Positions 15,643 through 25,108 of a DNA stretch of 64,000 bases are shown here, piece after piece. Location: sequence record NC_021531.1. One strand, 5' to 3'. Position 1 is the first letter of the stretch. Every line of letters begins with the position of its first letter. Below the pieces are notes generated by a model. That model was not told the DNA's origin. It saw nothing but the letters and a program-made list of their open reading frames with translations, and ran no database searches. The translations under genes and the position numbers were made by a program.

Positions 15643-17121
15643 ATGGCTGGTCCGAAGAAGGCTACTCAAGGTGAGGCTATTCGCCCACGTTTTAACATCT
15701 GGACTATTTTTGACCATGCGCTGGGCGAGTATGTGAAAGGCGAAGACGGCCTTTGGTACCTCAACGGCGGCTTTGGACACATCATGGGTTTCGCAGGTCG
15801 TGGTAACACTTTTAAATCCTTCCTGCTCGACTACTGCATCATGACCATTCTGCTCCGCTACCGCGCAGAGTGGGCATCGAAGTACGACACCGAAGTTTCT
15901 GCACAGCTTTCTCGTATGCAAACCGTGGTACGTTGTATCTGTAATGCCAACGGCTGGGAATATGACTACGCGGAACATGCCGTAGAAGTCCTGATGGAAA
16001 AAGGCTGCTTCAACATGCAGTCTTCCGACCTCGTGCCGGGCGAGCAGTGGTGGGCCGACTACATCCGTGATGAAGTTGAAGACCGCTACAAACAGTACAT
16101 GGGTAAAAAGAACCTGCGCGAAACGCCGTTCCCTGACCCGATTCGTAAAGAAAACAAAAAGATGCTCAACCCATGGGCATACGGTTGCGACTCGCTTTCC
16201 GAATGGAAAACGTCCAAGATGGAAGATGCGCGTGACGACTCTAACGTGGGTGACTCTGAACAGAACGCCTTGGCTGCACAAGACGCTAAGCAGAAGTCAG
16301 ACATGATGGGTCGTTGGCCAAACGCACTGGCGCGTGGACACTTCTACATGGGCTTCGTGGTTCACATCACGGATAACATGCAGATGGGTCGTATTGAACC
16401 GGGCAAAAAGCTCGATGAGTTCAAAGGCAACATCAAGTTTGCTAACGTGCCGGGTCGTGCTGTAACCTTCCTCACTAACTCCCTGCTGGTTGCCACTCAC
16501 TCTGGTGACTGTAAACAGCCTAGCAGCTTCAACTCCAAAACCGGTGTTGAAGAGCCGATGTTCCCTTCTGCGAAACAGAAAGGGAAAAGCAGTTCCGTTA
16601 ACGATTTGAAAATCATCCGCTATACCCAGTTCCGTGCCAAGTCCGGCCCGACGGGTGTGAAGATGGACATGATCTACTCTCAGGAACTCGGATTCATGCC
16701 GCACCTGTCTCTGTGGTATTACTTGAAAGAAACCTTAACCGGTGATTTCGGGTTTACACGTTCGGGGCATTTCTATGAGCTTAGCCTGCTGCCGGGTGTG
16801 AAGTTTGGTCGTACGACTATCTTCGACATGGCGCTTGAGAACCGTCGTTTACAGCGTGCTTTGGAAATTACTGCGGGTCTGGCGTATATCCAGAATAACT
16901 GGTTCCGCTTAGAGCCTGAGTACCATATCACGCCGCAGGAGCTTTACGATAAGGTGAAGGAAGCCGGGTTTGACTGGGATGAAATCTTAGACAACACCGT
17001 AGAATATTGGCAGTTCAAAGACCAAGAGACCAAAACCTCAAAACGTTGCGTCACGGTAAAAACCTTGCTGGACATGGCGTTAAAAGGTCTGAAGCCAAAG
17101 TTCCTCACAGTGAAAAAATAA
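15643..17121 (+). CDS. uvsX: UvsX/RecA-like recombinase (phiKZ gp152-like)
   Basis: Walker A GFAGRGNTFKS, DSLSEW, KYDTE, and RecA-like core FRAKSGPTG. Confidence 0.8.
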   Translation: MAGPKKATQGEAIRPRFNIWTIFDHALGEYVKGEDGLWYLNGGFGHIMGFAGRGNTFKSFLLDYCIMTILLRYRAEWASKYDTEVSAQLSRMQTVVRCICNANGWEYDYAEHAVEVLMEKGCFNMQSSDLVPGEQWWADYIRDEVEDRYKQYMGKKNLRETPFPDPIRKENKKMLNPWAYGCDSLSEWKTSKMEDARDDSNVGDSEQNALAAQDAKQKSDMMGRWPNALARGHFYMGFVVHITDNMQMGRIEPGKKLDEFKGNIKFANVPGRAVTFLTNSLLVATHSGDCKQPSSFNSKTGVEEPMFPSAKQKGKSSSVNDLKIIRYTQFRAKSGPTGVKMDMIYSQELGFMPHLSLWYYLKETLTGDFGFTRSGHFYELSLLPGVKFGRTTIFDMALENRRLQRALEITAGLAYIQNNWFRLEPEYHITPQELYDKVKEAGFDWDEILDNTVEYWQFKDQETKTSKRCVTVKTLLDMALKGLKPKFLTVKK

Positions 17122-17130
17122 CTTTTGGTT

Positions 17131-17152
17131 GGGTAGGGGGAAACCCCTACCC
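17131..17152 (+). other. GC-rich GNRA hairpin without U-tract
   Basis: GGGTAGGGG-GAAA-CCCCTACCC. Confidence 0.7.
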
Positions 17153-17167
17153 TAAAGGACTTTAAAA

Positions 17168-17479
17168 ATGCGTTATCAAGATGTGGTAATTGAGCGCCTG
17201 CGTCAAGGTCTGGCTAGCGTTGACCACGGCATCGCGCAAACTTTTGTTGACGAGTGTAGCTCACCGGCGAGTTCTCTGTACGAGTTCTCCGACCGCGTTA
17301 ATCGTCACTTCGCTGGGCTGTTACAAACGTGCGGGGTTAAACCTCAGCCACGTGACTTCGAAGTACCGGAAGACAATGACGCAATCCCGTACTGGATTGA
17401 GGATTTGGAAAACCGGGTTCATCCTGTCCTGAAATCAACCCGAGGTAAGAAAGATGGCACTGAATCAACAGCTGCGTAG
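17168..17479 (+). CDS. hypothetical protein
   Basis: AAGGA RBS. Overlaps the next gene. Confidence 0.75.
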   Translation: MRYQDVVIERLRQGLASVDHGIAQTFVDECSSPASSLYEFSDRVNRHFAGLLQTCGVKPQPRDFEVPEDNDAIPYWIEDLENRVHPVLKSTRGKKDGTESTAA

Positions 17480-18125
17480 AAAGGCAGAAGCCTACATCTA
17501 TTCTATCCTCGACGCAGTAGACCCGTCAGGCATTAACACAAAAGTGGCCAAGGAATGTATCCCGGCAATGTCTGACGAGAAATTCGTCGAGATGGCGAAG
17601 ATGGGTATTCCGATTTACCAACCGGTTGGCGGGAAAACCAAAATCGACTACAAGAATAACATCAAAGTAGCCGAGAAGATGGGTATTCCTCTGTCAGAGA
17701 AACTCTGGCTGACGGAACCGAAGACCGGGTTAACTCACCTTACCCGTCACCCTCATCTGGTACTGCTGTTGCCGATTCGTCGACAAACGCAGATGCTGGA
17801 AAAGAAAATGTCTGTGGCCAAACACGATAAGATTCGTGATAAGCTTACAGGTCAGGTGACCGGCCCGTCAAAAGCGTCGGGGATTTCCTTCCCGGAAGCG
17901 TACATCATTTACTCGGATAAACTCGATGAGTCACTGCAGGAGTTCTTGCATGCTCGTGGGGGTAACGAGGCGGTGAACCGTGCCTTCTATCAGGCGCTGC
18001 GCATGACAGGTAAAGGTCGTATTCACATTCCGGGTGCAGAACGCACGTCAGCGAAGTCTACCCGTACGTGGGGTGCTTTCTATACGGCGATGCACATCGG
18101 TAACAACTTAGGACGTCCGCAATGA
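17454..18125 (+). CDS. virion RNA polymerase beta subunit, C-terminal fragment (phiKZ gp149-like)
   Basis: LTGQVTGPSKASGISFPE...LQEFLHARGGN parallels the bacterial beta C-terminus QPLGGKAQFGGQRFGEME...LQEMLTVKSDD. Confidence 0.78.
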   Translation: MALNQQLRRKAEAYIYSILDAVDPSGINTKVAKECIPAMSDEKFVEMAKMGIPIYQPVGGKTKIDYKNNIKVAEKMGIPLSEKLWLTEPKTGLTHLTRHPHLVLLLPIRRQTQMLEKKMSVAKHDKIRDKLTGQVTGPSKASGISFPEAYIIYSDKLDESLQEFLHARGGNEAVNRAFYQALRMTGKGRIHIPGAERTSAKSTRTWGAFYTAMHIGNNLGRPQ

Positions 18126-18844
18126 TTTTTACGCGTCGGTGTTTAGTTGATGTTAGTTGTTTTTTAGATGACCGCATTGCGCTGGTCGCTGTACGCCATC
18201 CTGAACTGATGGAAAAGCTCGACTACGATGCGTACCGGTTACGCATTACGGAAGTATGGGCCAAAATTATTGGTATCGATAACTTCTTAGCGGAATACAA
18301 AACGCGGGATGTGTCGGTACTGAAAGCTGCGCTACCGACGCAATTTATCAAAGCGTTCCGTGAGCGTCTCGAGGAAGACCTGTTAGCGATTAAGCTGTCA
18401 GCGCCAATCGAACGACCCACGTTAACAGTCAACCTCTATCCTTACAGCCACTTAAGCGTCCCCGAACGTAATGCGTTCAGAGAGGTGTTCAGTGAGCTGT
18501 TCCCGATGGTTCAGGTCAACGTGGTGTGTATCTCGTTAGATGACTTAACACCCGAATACCTTCGCTCGAACTGGGATAGTTGGTTCACGTACGATTTTTA
18601 TCCGTGGCTTGAGATAAACGCTAAGCGGTTATCCACACGCATTCCACGGTTTGTGATTCATCGTCCGGGTATCCTTACCGATGAGCTTACCCCAGAGACG
18701 ATTGAAGCGATTAAGCGAGATAAGGCCGATCCGTTTGCAGAGTCAAAAAAATTCCTTGCCGAGTACGTAGCTGTTGAAACGCTCAAAGCTGAGCTTTTCT
18801 GCCACGTACCCGGTTTGGACATTATGCCGAAACGTCAGATTTAA
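18122..18844 (+). CDS. conserved hypothetical protein
   Basis: ATGA overlap, 240 aa. N-terminal LVDVSCFLDDR is reminiscent of a degenerate HAD motif. Confidence 0.8.
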   Translation: MIFTRRCLVDVSCFLDDRIALVAVRHPELMEKLDYDAYRLRITEVWAKIIGIDNFLAEYKTRDVSVLKAALPTQFIKAFRERLEEDLLAIKLSAPIERPTLTVNLYPYSHLSVPERNAFREVFSELFPMVQVNVVCISLDDLTPEYLRSNWDSWFTYDFYPWLEINAKRLSTRIPRFVIHRPGILTDELTPETIEAIKRDKADPFAESKKFLAEYVAVETLKAELFCHVPGLDIMPKRQI

Positions 18845-19289
18845 TCTTACTGAATTCGTTGTTCATGATTTCTTCAACGTCAATCGTTTCACCCACGGAG
18901 GAGAGTTCCCCGTCGATGTGATTGGCGGCAGGGATATCAGGAATTTCTGGGTGGTAATCAGCGTTGTTTTCTGGCGGTTCATCATGCCGTGCAATCTTCG
19001 CGCCCAGTCGTTCAGTGAGTACCTGATTAATTGCGTTAGCCAAGTCGCCCATTTTCTCGGACGATTTTTCTTGAGCAGCAATACGGCGGCGGTTTGTCAC
19101 CTGTGTGTCAATACCAGACAGCATTTTGTTCAGGCTATTGATTTCGTCTTTGTCCAGATTTGCAGCTGGCTTAGACATAATGGCATCAGCCACGGTGACA
19201 CGTATCCGCTGGGTATGGCGCTCTAGCGCAACATCGTCGGCAATATCACCATCAAAGCTCTGATGCGACAGCTTTACATCCTCGCTCAT
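18822..19289 (-). CDS. hypothetical protein
   Basis: Start moved to ATG 19289 (GAGAGG RBS on the minus strand). Convergent 23-nt overlap with the upstream gene. Confidence 0.75.
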   Translation of the reverse strand: MSEDVKLSHQSFDGDIADDVALERHTQRIRVTVADAIMSKPAANLDKDEINSLNKMLSGIDTQVTNRRRIAAQEKSSEKMGDLANAINQVLTERLGAKIARHDEPPENNADYHPEIPDIPAANHIDGELSSVGETIDVEEIMNNEFSKIKSDVSA

Positions 19290-19312
19290 ACAGTACCTCT
19301 CTAAAAGGAAAC

Positions 19313-19333
19313 GGATATATGTTATCAATGTGC
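19313..19333 (+). promoter_or_regulatory. putative early-type promoter
   Basis: GGATATATGTTATCAATGTG. Confidence 0.45.
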
Positions 19334-19840
19334 ATGGGGTGGTTTAAAAAGCGTCTCTATAAACGTCGTAGAGAGCAGCTGTTAGCCACGTTTCATAAGA
19401 ACAGTAACAATCTATACCTGCACGTGATTACTGGCTTAGAACTGCTTACAGAGCCGTTAGAATTTGAATCGGAAAACTACATTCCCTTGTCGCTATTCGG
19501 CAACGTCGATAGTAGCGTTCCGCAATTCGACATTCTGCGTCAACGGCTCGAATGGCATTTAGAAAACTTTGAAAGGGTTATACGAGGAGGCGAATACCGG
19601 AACCTGCCTGAAGCGCTGTCGCGCAAAAACGATATGCCCCTGCCACGGTGGAAGGACCAGTTCTTCCTGACCACCAATTCCGATAATGTCCGTCGGCAAC
19701 TGGCAGTTATTAGAGAACTTCTCGTCACGTACGAAGCTGTCTATGTACAGCGTCAGACGCGTCAGGAAGAAGATGTGTTGTGGCGACAAACCCAACCCGT
19801 CTTACGCGAGTTAGAGATCATAGTGGAGCACTTTCTCTAA
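19319..19840 (+). CDS. hypothetical protein (start uncertain, 19319 or 19334)
   Basis: 173-aa ORF at the head of a tightly packed operon. Confidence 0.75.
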   Translation: MLSMCMGWFKKRLYKRRREQLLATFHKNSNNLYLHVITGLELLTEPLEFESENYIPLSLFGNVDSSVPQFDILRQRLEWHLENFERVIRGGEYRNLPEALSRKNDMPLPRWKDQFFLTTNSDNVRRQLAVIRELLVTYEAVYVQRQTRQEEDVLWRQTQPVLRELEIIVEHFL

Positions 19841-19872
19841 CATCACCGCCAACCTTGGAGCAAGGATGGAAA

Positions 19873-20694
19873 ATGGACGATATTCAAGACTCGATAGTTA
19901 CCGGGACGCCGCAAGACCCGCCTACTGGTAAGTATCTACAGAAGTGTTTCTGGGAATTGTACGACCAATTAAATCCCGACCCGCGAATGTGGAAGCGATT
20001 GGTACGCGAGTATGTAGAAGACGAACGCTTTATCGGCAAGTCGACTGCTTCACCCGAAGAACGTATCTCTCGACTGACCACCGCCCTGAGTCGTGGTAAC
20101 ATTAAGCATCTGCAACCCGATTTAACGTGGAAGCGTTTTATCGAGGGCTTGGTGTTCCTCAAGATTCAATCTCTACGCGTCACGGCAACTGCCTTTCGTG
20201 GCAACTGGAAAACGAAGAGGACGGTATCCGCTGTCACTCGTCCTGAGACTGACCATCTCCGGGCTGTGAATAAAGAGGATGAAGAAGTGTTTGCTGAATC
20301 AGTCGGCCGAACACTCAACCGTTACTTCGATAACCCAGAGAAAACCGCGACACGGGTTATGGAACACATCTTACTGAAATTATTTTGGCAGGCCATCGCC
20401 CAGTACAAGATTGATAGCCGCATGTGGAAGGAACTGTTAATCGTTTACGTTAACAATCCGAAGAACTGTCCGCAAATCAAATCGCGTCGTAACGATGCCC
20501 GTCATAATCTCCAACAATCTATTCGTCGAACCAAAAAGTTAACATGGCGCTTCTTCCTTAAAGCAATGCAGGCGATTGACGTCCGCGAGCTTCGGATGGC
20601 GTTTCTCTTTACAACCGAGAGCGGTAAAGAGGTGGAGTGTTACTTTGTTGTTGATTTGACGAAGCATACGTTTAAGAGCGGTAAAGATGAGTAA
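19873..20694 (+). CDS. hypothetical protein made of two tandem homologous domains
   Basis: L.K.FW...D.RMWK.L...YV and LTW..F each occur twice. Start moved to ATG 19873. Confidence 0.8.
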   Translation: MDDIQDSIVTGTPQDPPTGKYLQKCFWELYDQLNPDPRMWKRLVREYVEDERFIGKSTASPEERISRLTTALSRGNIKHLQPDLTWKRFIEGLVFLKIQSLRVTATAFRGNWKTKRTVSAVTRPETDHLRAVNKEDEEVFAESVGRTLNRYFDNPEKTATRVMEHILLKLFWQAIAQYKIDSRMWKELLIVYVNNPKNCPQIKSRRNDARHNLQQSIRRTKKLTWRFFLKAMQAIDVRELRMAFLFTTESGKEVECYFVVDLTKHTFKSGKDE

Positions 20695-21937
20695 CCTACT
20701 TGATAGCGCATTGGCAGGCGCAAAAGCAGGCTGGGGTGCCGTATCCGGTAGCGGAACATCGGCAGACCAGCTTACTAAAGCCGTGGGTGGTCTTTATGAC
20801 CAAATCGCAAAGAAAGATGCAGTACAGCAGGCTGCGTCTGTAAGGGGGAGTGGTAGCGGGACAGGCCCGACTACTCGCCCGACTATCTTTGAAACCGACC
20901 CGACCGGGATGCTTCCGGAACTCGACCCGATTCTTCGTAAGGTAGCAGTGCCTTTCGAAGGGCTCGACAAGATGGGCAAACAGGTATTGGATTACCTTGA
21001 CCCGTCGGGTAAGTTAACTAACCTCGCGAAGAAAGCCGCTGACGCTTTACCGGGGGAATTAAAAGAAGCGGGTACTAAACTCGCTCGAGGCGACATCGTC
21101 GACGCCGCAAAAGGAATTACGGGGCTAAACAGCTTCAAGGATGTGAACCAGTTAATCACCACAAAGGATGGGAAGTTCGGTTTGGACTTTGCGTCGGTGA
21201 AAGGTCGCATCGAAAAATCGTTCGGTATTAACGGCGGGTTGAACGGGCTATCACCGCAAATCCAAAACCTCATCGGTAAAGCCTCAACAGAAATGTACGG
21301 CGATGAGATGGGTGGGATATTCAACAGCGTTGTTGGTGCTGTTGTCAATGCGGACTTCGATTCGGTTTCTGGCGTTACTGATGTCATCAACCGTATCACG
21401 GGTCAGTCTAAACTCTGGGATGTGTTCGATTTAGGTGCTGCGTCTGCGCTTATCTACGGGTTGACGGACAAGCTCATTGAGTGGGACACGCCAAGCCTCA
21501 TTGATGGGGTGCTCGATAAAATCACTGATGTTAAAGCGCAGAAGGCCATGCTCGATGAGCTGGCAATTCGTGCCAGTGCATCAGGTTCACTGAAGTCCAC
21601 CGAGTATTACGTGGCGAAACTCAGTGAGGAGCGCAAGAACGCGATTGCGGATTTGGTCATCAGTAACATGATGCGCAGTCTGAGCTTCTGGGCCTCAAGC
21701 GGTGACGAGGTTTCTTACGGTGATTACGGTCGTCGTCTGATAAGTCTGTTTGGCAGCCTGAATCCGAAGTGGGACCGTGACCCCTACGACCCCACTACCC
21801 CGAGCTGCTATTATTTCACCCTCATGAACGAAACTGCTTACAAGTCATTATTGACCACGGATAAGCGTCCGTTCTGCGCCGTCTTCGGCATCGTTACGCG
21901 AGATGATGTGGATACGATCATCTCCGATAGCTTTTAG
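20687..21937 (+). CDS. putative virion structural protein
   Basis: 416 aa with a Gly/Ala/Ser-rich N-terminus. Function is weak inference. Confidence 0.5.
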   Translation: MSNLLDSALAGAKAGWGAVSGSGTSADQLTKAVGGLYDQIAKKDAVQQAASVRGSGSGTGPTTRPTIFETDPTGMLPELDPILRKVAVPFEGLDKMGKQVLDYLDPSGKLTNLAKKAADALPGELKEAGTKLARGDIVDAAKGITGLNSFKDVNQLITTKDGKFGLDFASVKGRIEKSFGINGGLNGLSPQIQNLIGKASTEMYGDEMGGIFNSVVGAVVNADFDSVSGVTDVINRITGQSKLWDVFDLGAASALIYGLTDKLIEWDTPSLIDGVLDKITDVKAQKAMLDELAIRASASGSLKSTEYYVAKLSEERKNAIADLVISNMMRSLSFWASSGDEVSYGDYGRRLISLFGSLNPKWDRDPYDPTTPSCYYFTLMNETAYKSLLTTDKRPFCAVFGIVTRDDVDTIISDSF

Positions 21938-21948
21938 TGGGAGAAGTT

Positions 21949-22965
21949 ATGATTACCATTAACCCGAAAGTAGTACCGTTAACACGTCTGGCAGGGTTGC
22001 TGAGGGTGTTAACGCTGGGTACGCGCTACGACCATTCTTGCCAAGGAGAAGGTAAAGAGAAAGTCATTGCCCGTATCAGACACGACATGTTGTTAGAGCA
22101 GGTGTTTCCATCGAAGTTCGAAGAGGGGATGTCTGAGCTGGCGCTGCTCGAGATTTATAAAACGGGGAAATACGATGCGAAGTACGGCATAGCCATGGCA
22201 CAGCGGAACGGCTTAAACCTGCCGAAAGCGAATGCCCACGACTACGATGTGACCAAATGCAGTTTGAGGTCGCTGAGCGTACATCCCGGACCGCTGCGTC
22301 ATGACCGCGATACCGAACTGTTCGTGCATATGCGTCGTATTGGTGCGGTGTCGATTGTGGGTGAGCAGGAAGATGGTACTGACGGGGTTAACCATGTCAA
22401 TATCTATTCGGATGGGCGCACCATGGTAGGTCGTCTCGCCAGTAATTTTAGCGAAGGTCCATTCGAGACAATAGACGGTACGTTCTTCACGCTTGAAGGC
22501 TACTATCACTGGTTGCGCATTCGTGACTGGACACAGGCTACCAAATACGCTTTTAACATGGCGGCGATGGAAGACATGTATCCGGGCCTACGGAAACTGC
22601 GGACTGTGACCGGTACGGAAGCCATTCGCTTAGGGCGCACACTCAAGTCCAACATCTACGGCGGTACGAAATACCGTACAGGGCCTTTCTCGAAAGAGTC
22701 GTTGGAGCGTTTTCGTTGGGCGTTAGCCGGGAAGTTACACAAGCTGCGTTACAATAATGTGACACTGGGTAACTATTTGTCGATGATGGTGTATTGCGGT
22801 TTTCCGTTAACGCATTACTACGTGTATAACGGTAAAGTGAAATACCCGGACTTCCGCGAGTGGTTGCCTAACTTATTGTCTGGCTTGTTGGAACATATAG
22901 ACCCCAACGATTCGGACTTCGATTTAGCTGCGCTACAAGCGAAAATAACAGAGGGTTCGATATGA
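21949..22965 (+). CDS. NADAR-like (T4 gp30.3/YbiA-like) domain protein with N-terminal extension
   Basis: DGVNHVNIYSDGRTMVGRLASNF, TLEGYYHWL and GTEAIRLGR match the phage NADAR pattern. Start ATG 21949 after GGGAG. Confidence 0.62.
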   Translation: MITINPKVVPLTRLAGLLRVLTLGTRYDHSCQGEGKEKVIARIRHDMLLEQVFPSKFEEGMSELALLEIYKTGKYDAKYGIAMAQRNGLNLPKANAHDYDVTKCSLRSLSVHPGPLRHDRDTELFVHMRRIGAVSIVGEQEDGTDGVNHVNIYSDGRTMVGRLASNFSEGPFETIDGTFFTLEGYYHWLRIRDWTQATKYAFNMAAMEDMYPGLRKLRTVTGTEAIRLGRTLKSNIYGGTKYRTGPFSKESLERFRWALAGKLHKLRYNNVTLGNYLSMMVYCGFPLTHYYVYNGKVKYPDFREWLPNLLSGLLEHIDPNDSDFDLAALQAKITEGSI

Positions 22966-23627
22966 CTTTTAGTCTGACTGCCATGCTCGAAGGGCTGGAC
23001 AAAGACAAGGAGTGGGGTCATCAACAGGCTGCTCAGGAATCTATCTCGGTTGAGAAAGAGAAAGAGTATTGCCTGTGGGTGAAGCCAACGTCTGCAGGGT
23101 GGCAGTGGCTGGGTGAGCAACAGAGTACGCCGACACTGGATATTCTGATGCCTATCGAAGGGGCACGTCGTCGCTGCCGCATTCGTCCGGATGGGGCGAA
23201 GTTAACGTTGAAGCAACGTATCAACAATGAGACGGTGGAAGAGAACAGCGATATCGGTTTCGGTATGGCGTTGTCGTTCTACGCAGATGGGTTTAATGCT
23301 CACCTGTTCCGCCGTATTCATCTGGAAGCCGCTCCGGAATTAATGGAGCAGGGCGCGAAACACTGGGACATCGATATTTTCCATATCGTGCCACAGCATC
23401 CGCAACTGCCGGACATTCAGGCGCTGAACGATTTATCAGACACGCTTCGCCAGACCACCGCTTACGGTGATTTGGTAAAAGTGGAACTGGAGGTGGGGAC
23501 GTTCTTCACTGACAGCATCCGTGACCTACTGCCGTTTGAAGTCGAGGAGATTTATCCTTCTCGTCCGAAAGACGAAGAAACGCAGGTTATGTTGGCTGAT
23601 TACTGGGATAACATTACCAGTATTTGA
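22962..23627 (+). CDS. CYTH / triphosphate tunnel metalloenzyme family protein
   Basis: EKEKE (ExExK-like), RCRIR, LTLK, EEN, FRRI, WDIDIF and KVELE appear in canonical CYTH order. Confidence 0.72.
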   Translation: MTFSLTAMLEGLDKDKEWGHQQAAQESISVEKEKEYCLWVKPTSAGWQWLGEQQSTPTLDILMPIEGARRRCRIRPDGAKLTLKQRINNETVEENSDIGFGMALSFYADGFNAHLFRRIHLEAAPELMEQGAKHWDIDIFHIVPQHPQLPDIQALNDLSDTLRQTTAYGDLVKVELEVGTFFTDSIRDLLPFEVEEIYPSRPKDEETQVMLADYWDNITSI

Positions 23628-23633
23628 TATACA

Positions 23634-23668
23634 CCCAGCCCCGGTGGGCTGGGTTTCTTTCTTTTCTT
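23634..23668 (+). terminator. intrinsic terminator
   Basis: CCCAGCCC-CGGT-GGGCTGGG followed by TTTCTTTCTTTT. Confidence 0.8.
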
Positions 23669-23683
23669 CCTCAGGAGTATTCC

Positions 23684-24067
23684 ATGTTTCAGGTTAAAAT
23701 CAGCAAAGAAAATGTCTTGACCGTTAACGGTATTGAGGTTCCCGGTGGTTCCCAGCCGCGTTTCCTGTCTTTGTTCTCGCACATCACCCCGAATGCCAAA
23801 GTGGTTATTGGGACACCAAAAGGCCACAGTGTTGAACATCCGGATGCGGGTACGCACTACATCGCGTTTATCCGCGCTGACCAAGCAGCATTCGATATGC
23901 TGAAGCAGTTTGTCTCAACCGAGCCGGTTGACATGGAAAACGAAGAGACGGTTATCATTCGCGACGATGGTGATTTCCATGGCAAGCGCTATGCGGAAAT
24001 CTATCACGTTATCCGCCGCCCGAAAGCAGAAGTGGTTACCGACACCGCTGATTACGACGACGAGTAA
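23684..24067 (+). CDS. hypothetical protein (tandem family member 1)
   Basis: Start moved to ATG 23684 after AGGAG. Confidence 0.8.
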   Translation: MFQVKISKENVLTVNGIEVPGGSQPRFLSLFSHITPNAKVVIGTPKGHSVEHPDAGTHYIAFIRADQAAFDMLKQFVSTEPVDMENEETVIIRDDGDFHGKRYAEIYHVIRRPKAEVVTDTADYDDE

Positions 24068-24125
24068 TTTTTAACATCACGGCAGTTAGTTATGTAAATA
24101 CTGCTTTGTCGAGGCATAAGCTTAA

Positions 24126-24272
24126 ATGCGCAAAAAGTTCTGGCGTTCGATTCTAACCATTTTAGTCATACTGTCCATCGCAGGTTACGTAAGCGCAACC
24201 CTGCAAGCACTAATCTGGTCCGGTGTATTACGAACGTCGACGTATCACACATCTCGAGGTTACAATGAATAA
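24126..24272 (+). CDS. small membrane protein (48 aa, not in ORF track)
   Basis: Manual translation MRKKFWRSILTILVILSIAGYVSATLQALIWSGVLRTSTYHTSRGYNE. GAGG RBS. Overlaps the next start. Confidence 0.6.
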   Translation: MRKKFWRSILTILVILSIAGYVSATLQALIWSGVLRTSTYHTSRGYNE

Positions 24273-24720
24273 ATTCGACTTGACAGACGACTGGCGTATG
24301 ACCCTAAACGGGATGACGTCAGAGCCTATCACGGAAGAGCACCGTGAGCTGTTCGCTCGCCTGAGAAAGGTGGTGAAGGGGCATGAGTTTAAAATCATCC
24401 TGACCACCAATCCGTTAGCGCCGAACCCGAAAGCGATCGATGGCATTATCTATATGCCGGTTATCGCTGAAATCGCACCGAAAGAAGCTGACTTCATCCT
24501 GACCATGGGTAAGCTCACCAACGACGTGGACGGCGACTACGGTATGCACTGTCTGAAAGCCCGCACACCCGTCGTCAAAGACTGGGAAGTGCGTGGGGAC
24601 GGTCGTGAAGTGCTGACCGGTCGTGACGTGGTACTGGCGTTCATTCCGGGTGAAGACGTTCAGGGTCGTACTTTCATTAACTTCTGGGACGACTTCGATG
24701 CCGAACAAACTGAGAATTGA
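24265..24720 (+). CDS. hypothetical protein (tandem family member 2)
   Basis: Start moved to ATG 24265 after GAGG. Confidence 0.8.
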   Translation: MNKFDLTDDWRMTLNGMTSEPITEEHRELFARLRKVVKGHEFKIILTTNPLAPNPKAIDGIIYMPVIAEIAPKEADFILTMGKLTNDVDGDYGMHCLKARTPVVKDWEVRGDGREVLTGRDVVLAFIPGEDVQGRTFINFWDDFDAEQTEN

Positions 24721-25099
24721 AAACGACGAGATTGTCATCAATGACAAACCAATCGGCAATCTCAATCTGGCACGCTGGGTACTTGACGAGCTGGAAAACA
24801 AGTTCGGGCAAGATGAGTTCTACCTGACGGTCATCGGCGTGCCGCCGAACAATGACGCATGGAAAAACCGCATGCCGGTCATGCGCGAACTCAGTGAAGA
24901 AGGGTTCGTTACGCTTTACAAAGCGGCAACCATCCGCGGGTGGATTAGCGACCCTGAAGTGGCGGCCCACCTTGCTATGGTAGCAAACAAAGCTGTCCCG
25001 TTTGCGAACGGTCACGTCCCTGCGGATGCGAACGACCTGCTGTTGTGGGCGAACCACGACATTGAAAATAAAACCACAACCTATCATCTCGTTTATTAA
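24698..25099 (+). CDS. hypothetical protein (tandem family member 3)
   Basis: Start moved to ATG 24698 (MPNKLRIEN). Confidence 0.75.
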   Translation: MPNKLRIENDEIVINDKPIGNLNLARWVLDELENKFGQDEFYLTVIGVPPNNDAWKNRMPVMRELSEEGFVTLYKAATIRGWISDPEVAAHLAMVANKAVPFANGHVPADANDLLLWANHDIENKTTTYHLVY

Positions 25100-25108
25100 G
25101 GAAACCTC

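Noticed and set aside
18122-18844. HAD phosphatase call for the 240-aa ORF
   Set aside because: Only a degenerate motif I-like string is present (the second Asp is missing) and no later HAD motifs were found.
24141-24159. GTTCGATTC...CCA resembling a tRNA T-loop and 3' end
   Set aside because: No T-stem, acceptor stem or anticodon arm pairs. The region is better explained by the 48-aa membrane ORF 24126..24272.
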